In this document: in pieces, positions 36,727 to 48,240 of the stretch
How the letters are laid out: every line of letters starts with the position of its first letter
Position numbering within the stretch: the first letter of the stretch is position 1
DNA from: Perna viridis
Taxonomy: Eukaryota
Assembly: GCA_037379345.1 (NCBI GenBank)
Contig: CM074512.1
Location: 48,815,597 to 48,879,596, forward strand
Direction of reading: 5' to 3'
Length of the DNA: 64,000 bases
Made by a program: the position numbers and the translations under genes
Notes under the pieces: generated by a model
Database searches by the model: none
What the model was told of the DNA's origin: nothing
The model's input: only the letters and a program-made list of their open reading frames with translations

Positions 36727-37081
36727 ATCAAGCACTCAAGCACAAATATATATCAATATCAATATCAACATCCATCTCAAACATTTTCAATACACTTCCA
36801 TACCATGTCAATACTCAAACATACAACCTACCTACCTACCTACAAACTATCTACATCTAACACTCTTTTTCCATTTATTCCACTCTCACCTCAGTCTCAT
36901 CTATTCACTTACTAGTAAGCTTTTCTTTTCACACATAATCCACGCATCATCAACACAAACTTATACCACGCATGCATTTTCATTCAAATGTAGCCTGTCT
37001 AATTCATTATAAGAACACAAGTTGGCAGATTGATCATTGTATGCATTGTAGGGACTGGTCCTTATTTCTTTACATTATAGA

Positions 37082-37206
37082 CGGGGGATAGCGCGAACGC
37101 AGTCCCCCACACTAAAAAATTGCGTACCCGAGTTGCCCACATTTGGGGCAATCGCAGGCTTCAGCCTAACCGGAGTGCAATGGAAAGGCCTCGACCTGGG
37201 GGAACC
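37082..37206 (-). pseudogene. U1: U1 snRNA 3' fragment (nt 40-164) after insertion
   Basis: Direct match. Confidence 0.92.
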
Positions 37207-37610
37207 TTTTTTTTTTTTTTAATTTCAAACAATTTATTCAGTAAAACTTCATACGTAATACATGACAATAAATTAAAACATAAATATCACAGATAATACA
37301 TTGTGCATGTATACAGATATGAATAATGTATGCATAAATATCAACTTTGTTATTGGTTAATGCAAGAAAGAACATTGGGATAAATAGTTATATCTCAAAT
37401 CAATACATGATACATAGGTATATAATACCTTCTGACACAACAAAACATCTGAAGAGAAAAAAATTCAAATGCCCTGTTATTATAGTACTCCTGTAAATTA
37501 CAAGACGCCACCCTCCCATTAACTCAAATAGGGAAAAAATACAAAAATTAAAACTTAAGGGTACCTTAATAGAATCAAGTTAATAAACCTATTACTTCAA
37601 GACTTATAAC

Positions 37611-40600
37611 TCAGAAAAAAGTGATTTCTAAATCATCATCTTGTACTTTACAGAGTAAGTCACTTGAGCACCAAAACTCAGTGAACTTTAGTATTGGAAA
37701 TCTATAAAAGTCAGCTTCAATACGTAATTTCAGCTGCTGTAAATAGAAAATATAAATATCATTTGGTAAAACATGTTTACCATCAAACTTTTTACTATTT
37801 CTTTTAATCCATACAGTTTTACAATATAAAGAAATCAACAATAATACCACACTTTTAGTTCTTCCAACAACATTAATATCTCTAAAAAGTATATGTTTAT
37901 AATCTAAGGAAATACTTCCATTAGATAAAGAGAATATCCAATTCTTAATAAGAACAAATAAATTTTTGACATCCCTACATTCGCAAAATAAATGAATTAA
38001 AGTTTCCGGTTCTCTGGCACAAAAAGTACATCTATTAGACTTATACACATTATGATTAAATAATAAACTATTAGTAGGCAAAACATTATGCACTACTTTA
38101 TAAATAACATCTCTAGAAAAGCGATCAAGAAACTTATCAAATACATTTTTAAATACAATTCTAAAATCCACTCCAGGATTTTTTTCAACAACTTTAGGAA
38201 CATAAATTTCCTTTTCTAATAGAACCTTATACAAAACTTTTGTAGTTACACCCCTTAGATCTACATCACTACACAATTTTAAATCAATTAAAGCATCAAT
38301 ACAACATCTATAAAAGGACGAAATGACCTCACTGTGAGGCATGTTTAAAGATGTAAACAATTCATTATAAAATCGTAAAGAATAACCAGCCCAGTATATC
38401 GCATAATTGACAAACTTTACCTGTCTATTGTTAATAATATCGGACAAGTGTTTCAAGCGTAACGCTTTTAACTTTAAATCGATATTCACAATATTCAAAC
38501 CACCCTGACTAAAATCTAAATATAAATTCTTACGACTAATCATTTCTACCTTATCATTCCATATAAACTTAAAAATACAACGTTGGAATTTAATTATCCA
38601 ATGTTTAGACATCGGCACAACAGTACCTACATACCACAACTTAGATAAAGCACACGTATTTACAATAATTGATTTTTCTAATAAAGATAAACTTCTCAAC
38701 CTCCATAATTTCAAGGTCTTTTCTAACTTAATAAAAATGGGATGCCATACATCATCCTGTGACAAATCATTACCACACTTAATACCTATTAATTTCATAC
38801 TATCAACAAAATTTATACCAAATCTATGATTTTCTTTTCTACATTTCCAAGCACCTAACCACATACCTTTTGTTTTATTTTTATTAAGCTTGGAACCTGA
38901 ACCTTTACCAAATAAATCAATCCAATATAAAAATTTATGTATACTTTTATCAGTAGTAACAATACCAGCACTATCATCGGCAAAAACAGATATTTTACAA
39001 TTATCAACAGAACCAGGAATATTCATACCAATAATATCAGTATCGTTCACAACTTTGCGCACAAAAGGTTCAAGACATAAAACATATAATAAAGGTGACA
39101 AACTACACCCTTGTTTGACAGATCTAGTGATCCGTACAGGATCAGAAATAAAATTATTCACAATAACTGATGAAGACAAATCATGATATAAAATCTTGAT
39201 CCATTTAATTAAATTCGGACCAAAATTAAATTTTTCTAAAACATTGAATAAAAAGGTATGATTAATACGATCAAATGCTTTCTCTTGATCAAGAGAAATG
39301 AAAGCACAATTAATATTCTTCTGATTAACATAGTCAATAATGTTCCTATGTAAATGGGCATTGTCTAAAATACTTCTGCCCCTAACAGCACAAGTTTGAT
39401 CAACACCAATAATTTTATCAGAAACTAAACCCATTCTATTACAAATAATTTTACTTAAAATCTTAACATCAATATTAATTAAACTAATAGGACGATAACA
39501 TTTAACATCAAAATGTCTAGAAACGTCTTTACAAATAAGAGATATATAACTTGTTCTTTGACTAACTGACAAAGTATTTTCATCAAAAATATTATCATAC
39601 AAATTTAATAACAAAGGTGCAAAAATGTCAATAAATTTGACATAAAATTCTTTGGGCAGTCCATCAGGTCCCGGTGATTTATTGTTATCCATACCTTTAA
39701 CAGAGTTAATAATTTCATCCTCAGTAATATTTGATTCACAAACATCTCTATCATCATTATCTAACATAGGTAAATCATCTAAGAAATATTTCATAACATC
39801 AAAATCAATAGCTTCCTCTTTAAATAAATCACTATAAAAGTTTTCAAATTGCTTAATAATATCGCAATGTTTTGTAAAAATACCATCATCATTTCTAATT
39901 TCACAAATATTTTTCTTTTTACCTCTACGAACTTCCTTTTGGAAAAAATATTGACTCGGAAGTTCACTATTATCTAGTAAATTTGCTTTACTTCTAATTT
40001 GAGCACCTCTAAAATCTTTAACATAATAATCTTTAATCTCATTCTTAAGTACATCAATTTGTTCTGAAAAATTACCTGGCATTTTCTTTTCTAATTTACA
40101 TAAATGAAAATATCGTTTCTCTAATTGTCTAATCACTGTATACTTAAGTTTATTTTTCTTTTTACAATAATCAATACAAAAGACCTTAATATTTTCTTTA
40201 AAATAATCCCACATATCAATACACATATCTAAACCATCGATAAAGTTAATAAACCACTCTCGAAAAGAAATACAAAAAGCTCTATCGTCTAATATAGAGG
40301 TGTTTAATTTCCAATAACCTTCACCTCTCTTCACATCAGTGTTATTGGCAAACGATATATGAACACAATCATGATCAGAAAAAGCAAAAGGTAGAACGTC
40401 ACAATTCTTAACAAAAGGTTTTAATTCATTAGAAAAGTACATGCGATCTAATCGACACGCAATATTATTACCCCGCCAGGTGACACATTTACAATTAGGA
40501 TATAAATACCTATAAACGTCACAAAGGTCAAAATCAGATACAATGGTTCTTAATTTATCAACACCTGTAGTACCTAAATGGGGATTTCCCCCGATCTTAT

Positions 40601-41069
40601 CAAGTTTTGGATCCATAATACAATTAAAATCACCACCAAATATTTTACAATTCTGTGTCATTAGAAAAGGATATATATACTCAAAGAAATCTTTTCTATC
40701 ACTACTATCATTAGGAGCATAAATATTAAACAATCTATACGGAACATTATCAATTTTAACATCAATAAATTGAAAACGTCCGTCTATATCTCTATGATAT
40801 TTCACTACAACAAAATCTATAGAATGAGAAATAAAAATAGCTGTTCCCCTACTTAAATTAGAACCGAAGTTCCAAAAACATCTATATAATTCAAAATAAG
40901 TATTTAAGTCATTACTTATAATGGAGTTTGAAACATGCGTTTCTTGCAAAAACAAAATATCTACATGTTTACGCAAACAAAAATCTCTTAGTGCGTACTG
41001 ACACTTTACATCAAGTAACCCATTACAATTCAAAGTTGCAATATTCAATAAATTATCAATGTTTGTCAC
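37611..41069 (-). CDS. ORF2 (APE endonuclease-RT-zinc finger), type B; no ATG, first near-cognate start GTG
   Basis: Same motifs as type A; CRLDRMY. Confidence 0.95.
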   Translation of the reverse strand: MTNIDNLLNIATLNCNGLLDVKCQYALRDFCLRKHVDILFLQETHVSNSIISNDLNTYFELYRCFWNFGSNLSRGTAIFISHSIDFVVVKYHRDIDGRFQFIDVKIDNVPYRLFNIYAPNDSSDRKDFFEYIYPFLMTQNCKIFGGDFNCIMDPKLDKIGGNPHLGTTGVDKLRTIVSDFDLCDVYRYLYPNCKCVTWRGNNIACRLDRMYFSNELKPFVKNCDVLPFAFSDHDCVHISFANNTDVKRGEGYWKLNTSILDDRAFCISFREWFINFIDGLDMCIDMWDYFKENIKVFCIDYCKKKNKLKYTVIRQLEKRYFHLCKLEKKMPGNFSEQIDVLKNEIKDYYVKDFRGAQIRSKANLLDNSELPSQYFFQKEVRRGKKKNICEIRNDDGIFTKHCDIIKQFENFYSDLFKEEAIDFDVMKYFLDDLPMLDNDDRDVCESNITEDEIINSVKGMDNNKSPGPDGLPKEFYVKFIDIFAPLLLNLYDNIFDENTLSVSQRTSYISLICKDVSRHFDVKCYRPISLINIDVKILSKIICNRMGLVSDKIIGVDQTCAVRGRSILDNAHLHRNIIDYVNQKNINCAFISLDQEKAFDRINHTFLFNVLEKFNFGPNLIKWIKILYHDLSSSVIVNNFISDPVRITRSVKQGCSLSPLLYVLCLEPFVRKVVNDTDIIGMNIPGSVDNCKISVFADDSAGIVTTDKSIHKFLYWIDLFGKGSGSKLNKNKTKGMWLGAWKCRKENHRFGINFVDSMKLIGIKCGNDLSQDDVWHPIFIKLEKTLKLWRLRSLSLLEKSIIVNTCALSKLWYVGTVVPMSKHWIIKFQRCIFKFIWNDKVEMISRKNLYLDFSQGGLNIVNIDLKLKALRLKHLSDIINNRQVKFVNYAIYWAGYSLRFYNELFTSLNMPHSEVISSFYRCCIDALIDLKLCSDVDLRGVTTKVLYKVLLEKEIYVPKVVEKNPGVDFRIVFKNVFDKFLDRFSRDVIYKVVHNVLPTNSLLFNHNVYKSNRCTFCAREPETLIHLFCECRDVKNLFVLIKNWIFSLSNGSISLDYKHILFRDINVVGRTKSVVLLLISLYCKTVWIKRNSKKFDGKHVLPNDIYIFYLQQLKLRIEADFYRFPILKFTEFWCSSDLLCKVQDDDLEITFF

Positions 41070-41201
41070 GATGTGTATATAGAGTATTTACAACTGAAAC
41101 AACATAAACAAAATACCTTAAAAATTATCAAGGTATTTCAAAAAGTATTTAGAAAATAACTCAATGAAGAAAATTTAAATATCTGACTAATTACAATCAT
41201 G

Positions 41202-41636
41202 CTAATTACAGGTGAAGAATACAAATTTCAACAGGTAAGATATCGGTAGAAATTTAAATGACCAAACAAAAGCAAAAATCTTTAAATGCCCAGACAATAG
41301 AAGAAACGTTAACATCTGGATAATTACAATCAAAAATTTCAGTGCATTAAAGGTAACAAACGGAAAGGTGAAAATCAAAGATGAGTTTAAATCTCTTAGC
41401 AATAGAGAAGTAAAACTATCGTAAAATCTAATCACCAGCCAATTAACACTATAGAAAAAGTGAACTGTAAAAAGTAAAAAGAATAAAAGAGTTACTAAAC
41501 ATATTAATACAAGTAATAGATTACTATTACAAAAACTGGTTTTAAACCCAAAAAAATAAACATTAAACAGATTGCAAGCAATCCGAGATAAATAAACAAT
41601 CGAAATCAAAATCGTTAATCTAAATTCAAAGTCCAT
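41202..41636 (-). CDS. Putative third ORF type B (144 aa, hydrophobic)
   Basis: ATG 47 nt after the ORF1 stop; C-terminal LLLSGHL..TCN resembles type A LLFGHL..TCN. Confidence 0.4.
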   Translation of the reverse strand: MDFEFRLTILISIVYLSRIACNLFNVYFFGFKTSFCNSNLLLVLICLVTLLFFLLFTVHFFYSVNWLVIRFYDSFTSLLLRDLNSSLIFTFPFVTFNALKFLIVIIQMLTFLLLSGHLKIFAFVWSFKFLPISYLLKFVFFTCN

Positions 41637-41683
41637 GGGCGTATTCAGTCAGTTTAGGGGGATTATAACTATACCAAAGTCCA

Positions 41684-42655
41684 TTAACAGTCCGCGTCTA
41701 CATCAATTGCTTCCTCTTCAGGGTTTCTCATTCCCGGTGGAATTAAAAGTGGCCTCTCTAAAGCTTCTTTCTTCACCCTCTTCTCAACGTCTGGTTGTTC
41801 CTTGTTGTCATCTCTGGCTCTTTTAGCATCAGTACCTCGGTCCCTGGAGTAGGAACCTTCACTGCTATATTCAGTACCTCGGCCCTCCTCCACGGGACCT
41901 TCACTGCCGGTTGATACATCAGTGCCCGATCGGGCACCTTCATCACTAGTCGGTACATCGGATCCCTGGGTGGATCCTTCACCGCTGGTTGGTACATCAG
42001 ACCCCTCCTGGGATCCTTCACCACTCGTTGTTGACTCGGTGCTCGGCTGAGCACTTTCATCGCGTCTAGGTCGCCGACTAGTCGCCGCTGCCTTGCCACA
42101 TTTGGCTCTCACATGACCAAATTCTCCACACTTAAGGCATTGAGCTTGCCTTCCTGCAACGGTAATCAAGACATCCCTACCATAAATTTTAGCTCGGTAT
42201 GGCAAACTGCTATATTGACTGTCGGTTGAATACATTTTCCCAGAAACTACACCAGTTTTATACGTAACCTCTTCGAAGGTGTCAGTATCATGCCTCAGTG
42301 CAACCTCACTTCCGTATTTTCTTAGTCCCTCTTTCAACAGGTCTAGTTTTAAGTGCATTGGGAACCAATGCACTTTAAAACGAACTAAACGCCTATCTAT
42401 CCGGCTAAAGAAGAGTGGAACTCCTTTCGCCTGGAAAGACCGCTCCATCGTAAGCCTCTCTACTGTGAGTGGGTGTTTGAAGGAAACAAACCAGTCACCA
42501 TCTTCACCACACTTGTAGACGGCGTCTATCTCGTCACCATTGACTACTTCCTTCAAATATGGTATAACTTCACGTTGAGTAAACAATCTCTTCTTCAAAC
42601 CAATTGCCAACCGGAGAGTCCTACCGGACACACTTCCATCTACATAGTGGTCCAT
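41684..42655 (-). CDS. Tx1-like ORF1 protein type B (323 aa)
   Basis: CLKCGEFGHVRAKC knuckle; VYKCGEDGDWF and VHWFPMH homologous to type A; EGS..GSDVPTS repeats. Confidence 0.88.
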   Translation of the reverse strand: MDHYVDGSVSGRTLRLAIGLKKRLFTQREVIPYLKEVVNGDEIDAVYKCGEDGDWFVSFKHPLTVERLTMERSFQAKGVPLFFSRIDRRLVRFKVHWFPMHLKLDLLKEGLRKYGSEVALRHDTDTFEEVTYKTGVVSGKMYSTDSQYSSLPYRAKIYGRDVLITVAGRQAQCLKCGEFGHVRAKCGKAAATSRRPRRDESAQPSTESTTSGEGSQEGSDVPTSGEGSTQGSDVPTSDEGARSGTDVSTGSEGPVEEGRGTEYSSEGSYSRDRGTDAKRARDDNKEQPDVEKRVKKEALERPLLIPPGMRNPEEEAIDVDADC

Positions 42656-42709
42656 TCTGGTAAATAAGGGATTCCTCACGGAATACACCTTATGTATGAG
42701 TACAGAGGA

Positions 42710-42764
42710 TCGACCTGGGGGAACCGCCTTTGTGATCACGGTATCCCCTGTACCAGGTAAGTAT
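42710..42764 (-). pseudogene. U1: U1 snRNA 5' fragment (nt 1-55) fused to element
   Basis: Direct match. Confidence 0.92.
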
Positions 42765-43438
42765 GCTGTAGCACTGTATCGCAGGGCGACTATTTTCAAC
42801 GCATTTGTAGTTTTCTGGCGGTGCAATCAATACTTTATTATTGCAGAAAAATTCGTAGTTCATACGCAATGATGAATTGTTGTTGACAAGCACGCGGCAA
42901 GTATTTTTTGGCATCTTATTGATTTACAGAAATGTGAAAAATGCACAATTCAGTTCGATACTGAACAAATATGAAAACCGAAGAAAGTCTAATGTTTAGT
43001 AACTCACTTTGTATACGTATGCCCAACCTTTTCCCCGTTGTGCTATAAGTGAAATAGCCGGGAAAATTCAGTCAGGATTGGCCCAGTAATTTATACTAAA
43101 ACTGAGCTTTTTATCACATGAAGTTGGTTTTAATTACCAGTGCATTCATTCTAAAATAGATTTCAATTACTATCAATTTCAAATCCAGTCATACATACAT
43201 ACACTAACATGCAGTCGCGCTCGCCAAGAAGTGCCGAAAAGTGTGAACAGTGTTGAACATATGGTAATACTGACACGTGTACATGCAGTTCTCAATTGTC
43301 ATACATGGGTATAAAAAGACAAAATCTGATTTACGGACACATATCGTAGGAAAAATAAACAAATTAAGCGTATTATTTACAGAAAAAGAAAAGCAATTTT
43401 AGTAAATATAAGTAACAAAAATAACCACATGTTAATCG

Positions 43439-43736
43439 GTTGGGAGTTGTGGCGTGCTCCTGTGATCCAGCTACTTGGAGACCAGAGTTGGCGGACGGTG
43501 TGAGGGCAGGAGTCCTGGTGGCAGGTGATCTATGTTGAGCGGGCGTCCGCACTAAGATCGGCATCAATATGGGCACACCGAGGGAGCTCAGTGTGACCAG
43601 GTTGTCTAAGGAGGGACGTACAGGCCCAGGGCGGAAACGCAGCAGGCAAAAGTCCCCGTGTCGATCAGTAGTGGGATCGCGCCTGTGAATAGACGCTTGT
43701 CAACAGCCTGTCCAATATAACTGGACTCGACTCTTT
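43439..43736 (+). ncRNA. 7SL: 7SL (SRP) RNA
   Basis: Array copy. Confidence 0.95.
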
Positions 43737-43892
43737 TTTTTTCTTTCCCATACTAAAAAAACTAAAAAAAAAAATAAAAAAAATTCAATTAATACGAATC
43801 GTATCTCATCTGAGGAACCTGCAAGACGTCTCATATTTCAGAACATTTTCCTTCCCAAAATTTTCGCGCCGAGCATAGCTCGGCGTTTCACA

Positions 43893-43959
<67 letters not shown>

Positions 43960-44318
43960 ATCAAGCACTCAAGCACAAATATATATCAATATCAATATCA
44001 ACATCCATCTCAAACATTTTCAATACACTTCCATACCATGTCAATACTCAAACATACAACCTACCTACCTACCTACCTACAAACTATCTACATCTAACAC
44101 TCTTTTTCCATTTATTCCACTCTCACCTCAGTCTCATCTATTCACTTACTAGTAAGCTTTTCTTTTCACACATAATCCACGCATCATCAACACAAACTTA
44201 TACCACGCATGCATTTTCATTCAAATGTAGCCTGTCTAATTCATTATAAGAACACAAGTTGGCAGTTTGATCATTGTATGCATTGTAGGGACTGGTCCTT
44301 ATTTCTTTACATTATAGA

Positions 44319-44482
44319 CGGGGGATAGCGCGAACGCAGTCCCCCACACTAAAAAATTGCGTACCCGAGTTGCCCACATTTGGGGCAATCGCAGGCTTCA
44401 GCCTAACCGGAGTGCAATGGAAAGGCCTCGACCTGGGGGAACCGCCTTTGTGATCACGGTATCCCCTGTACCAGGTAAGTAT
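44319..44482 (-). ncRNA. U1: U1 snRNA
   Basis: Array copy. Confidence 0.97.
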
Positions 44483-45156
44483 GCTGTAGCACTGTATCGC
44501 AGGGCGACTATTTTCAACGCATTTGTAGTTTTCTGGCGGTGCAATCAATACTTTATTATTGCAGAAAAATTCGTAGTTCATACGCAATGATGAATTGTTG
44601 TTGACAAGCACGCGGCAAGTATTTTTTGGCATCTTATTGATTTACAGAAATGTGAAAAATGCACAATTCAGTTCGATACTGAACAAATATGAAAACCGAA
44701 GAAAGTCTAATGTTTAGTAACTCACTTTGTATACGTATGCCCAACCTTTTCCCCGTTGTGCTATAAGTGAAATAGCCGGGAAAATTCAGTCAGGATTGGC
44801 CCAGTAATTTATACTAAAACTGAGCTTTTTATCACATGAAGTTGGTTTTAATTACCAGTGCATTCATTCTAAAATAGATTTCAATTACTATCAATTTCAA
44901 ATCCAGTCATACATACATACACTAACATGCAGTCGCGCTCGCCAAGAAGTGCCGAAAAGTGTGAACAGTGTTGAACATATGGTAATACTGACACGTGTAC
45001 ATGCAGTTCTCAATTGTCATATATGGGTATAAAAAGACAAAATCTGATTTACGGACACATATCGTAGGAAAAATAAACAAATTAAGCGTATTATTTACAG
45101 AAAAAGAAAAGCAATTTTAGTAAATATAAGTAACAAAAATAACCACATGTTAATCG

Positions 45157-45454
45157 GTTGGGAGTTGTGGCGTGCTCCTGTGATCCAGCTACTTGGAGAC
45201 CAGAGTTGGCGGACGGTGTGAGGGCAGGAGTCCTGGTGGCAGGTGATCTATGTTGAGCGGGCGTCCGCACTAAGATCGGCATCAATATGGGCACACCGAG
45301 GGAGCTCAGTGTGACCAGGTTGTCTAAGGAGGGACGTACAGGCCCAGGGCGGAAACGCAGCAGGCAAAAGTCCCCGTGTCGATCAGTAGTGGGATCGCGC
45401 CTGTGAATAGACGCTTGTCAACAGCCTGTCCAATATAACTGGACTCGACTCTTT
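45157..45454 (+). ncRNA. 7SL: 7SL (SRP) RNA
   Basis: Array copy. Confidence 0.95.
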
Positions 45455-45610
45455 TTTTTTCTTTCCCATACTAAAAAAACTAAAAAAAAAAATAAAAAAA
45501 ATTCAATTAATACGAATCGTATCTCATCTGAGGAACCTGCAAGACGTCTCATATTTCAGAACATTTTCCTTCCCAAAATTTTCGCGCCGAGCATAGCTCG
45601 GCGTTTCACA

Positions 45611-45663
<53 letters not shown>

Positions 45664-46018
45664 ATCAAGCACTCAAGCACAAATATATATCAATATCAAT
45701 ATCAACATCCATCTCAAACATTTTCAATACACTTCCATACCATGTCAATACTCAAACATACAACCTACCTACCTACCTACAAACTATCTACATCTAACAC
45801 TCTTTTTCCATTTATTCCACTCTCACCTCAGTCTCATCTATTCACTTACTAGTAAGCTTTTCTTTTCACACATAATCCACGCATCATCAACACAAACTTA
45901 TACCACGCATGCATTTTCATTCAAATGTAGCCTGTCTAATTCATTATAAGAACACAAGTTGGCAGATTGATCATTGTATGCATTGTAGGGACTGGTCCTT
46001 ATTTCTTTACATTATAGA

Positions 46019-46182
46019 CGGGGGATAGCGCGAACGCAGTCCCCCACACTAAAAAATTGCGTACCCGAGTTGCCCACATTTGGGGCAATCGCAGGCTTCA
46101 GCCTAACCGGAGTGCAATGGAAAGGCCTCGACCTGGGGGGACCGCCTTTGTGATCACGGTATCCCCTGTACCAGGTAAGTAT
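46019..46182 (-). ncRNA. U1: U1 snRNA (U43C variant)
   Basis: Array copy with a>g at 46140. Confidence 0.95.
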
Positions 46183-46856
46183 GCTGTAGCACTGTATCGC
46201 AGGGCGACTATTTTCAACGCATTTGTAGTTTTCTGGCGGTGCAATCAATACTTTATTATTGCAGAAAAATTCGTAGTTCATACGCAATGATGAATTGTTG
46301 TTGACAAGCACGCGGCAAGTATTTTTTGGCATCTTATTGATTTACAGAAATGTGAAAAATGCACAATTCAGTTCGATACTGAACAAATATGAAAACCGAA
46401 GAAAGTCTAATGTTTAGTAACTCACTTTGTATACGTATGCCCAACCTTTTCCCCGTTGTGCTATAAGTGAAATAGCCGGGAAAATTCAGTCAGGATTGGC
46501 CCAGTAATTTATACTAAAACTGAGCTTTTTATCACATGAAGTTGGTTTTAATTACCAGTGCATTCATTCTAAAATAGATTTCAATTACTATCAATTTCAA
46601 ATCCAGTCATACATACATACACTAACATGCAGTCGCGCTCGCCAAGAAGTGCCGAAAAGTGTGAACAGTGTTGAACATATGGTAATACTGACACGTGTAC
46701 ATGCAGTTCTCAATTGTCATACATGGGTATAAAAAGACAAAATCTGATTTACGGACACATATCGTAGGAAAAATAAACAAATTAAGCGTATTATTTACAG
46801 AAAAAGAAAAGCAATTTTAGTAAATATAAGTAACAAAAATAACCACATGTTAATCG

Positions 46857-47154
46857 GTTGGGAGTTGTGGCGTGCTCCTGTGATCCAGCTACTTGGAGAC
46901 CAGAGTTGGCGGACGGTGTGAGGGCAGGAGTCCTGGTGGCAGGTGATCTATGTTGAGCGGGCGTCCGCACTAAGATCGGCATCAATATGGGCACACCGAG
47001 GGAGCTCAGTGTGACCAGGTTGTCTAAGGAGGGACGTACAGGCCCAGGGCGGAAACGCAGCAGGCAAAAGTCCCCGTGTCGATCAGTAGTGGGATCGCGC
47101 CTGTGAATAGACGCTTGTCAACAGCCTGTCCAATATAACTGGACTCGACTCTTT
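46857..47154 (+). ncRNA. 7SL: 7SL (SRP) RNA
   Basis: Array copy. Confidence 0.95.
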
Positions 47155-47310
47155 TTTTTTCTTTCCCATACTAAAAAAACTAAAAAAAAAAATAAAAAAA
47201 ATTCAATTAATACGAATCGTATCTCATCTGAGGAACCTGCAAGACGTCTCATATTTCAGAACATTTTCCTTCCCAAAATTTTCGCGCCGAGCATAGCTCG
47301 GCGTTTCACA

Positions 47311-47355
<45 letters not shown>

Positions 47356-47710
47356 ATCAAGCACTCAAGCACAAATATATATCAATATCAATATCAACAT
47401 CCATCTCAAACATTTTCAATACACTTCCATACCATGTCAATACTCAAACATACAACCTACCTACCTACCTACAAACTATCTACATCTAACACTCTTTTTC
47501 CATTTATTCCACTCTCACCTCAGTCTCATCTATTCACTTACTAGTAAGCTTTTCTTTTCACACATAATCCACGCATCATCAACACAAACTTATACCACGC
47601 ATGCATTTTCATTCAAATGTAGCCTGTCTAATTCATTATAAGAACACAAGTTGGCAGATTGATCATTGTATGCATTGTAGGGACTGGTCCTTATTTCTTT
47701 ACATTATAGA

Positions 47711-47834
47711 CGGGGGATAGCGCGAACGCAGTCCCCCACACTAAAAAATTGCGTACCCGAGTTGCCCACATTTGGGGCAATCGCAGGCTTCAGCCTAACC
47801 GGAGTGCAATGGAAAGGCCTCGACCTGGGGGAAC
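47711..47834 (-). pseudogene. U1: U1 snRNA 3' fragment (nt 41-164) after insertion
   Basis: Direct match. Confidence 0.92.
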
Positions 47835-48240
47835 TTTTTTTTTTTTTTTTAATTTCAAACAATTTATTCAGTAAAACTTCATACGTAATACATGACAATA
47901 AATTAAAACATAAATATCACAGATAATACATTGTGCATGTATACAGATATGAATAATGTATGCATAAATATCAACTTTGTTATTGGTTAATGCAAGAAAG
48001 AACATTGGGATAAATAGTTATATCTCAAATCAATACATGATACATAGGTATATAATACCTTCTGACACAACAAAACACCTGAAGAGAAAAAAATTCAAAT
48101 GCCCTGTTATTATAGTACTCCTGTAAATTACAAGACGCCACCCTCCCATTAACTCAAATAGGGAAAAAATACAAAAATTAAAACTTAAGGGTACCTTAAT
48201 AGAATCAAGTTAATAAACCTATTACTTCAAGACTTATAAC

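Larger units (their letters stand above)
37207..42709 (-). mobile_element. Full-length type B Tx1-like non-LTR retrotransposon inserted in U1
   Basis: A14 tail; 16-bp duplication tcgacctgggggaacc at 37191-37206 and 42710-42725; ORF1 divergent from type A, ORF2 near-identical. Confidence 0.96.
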
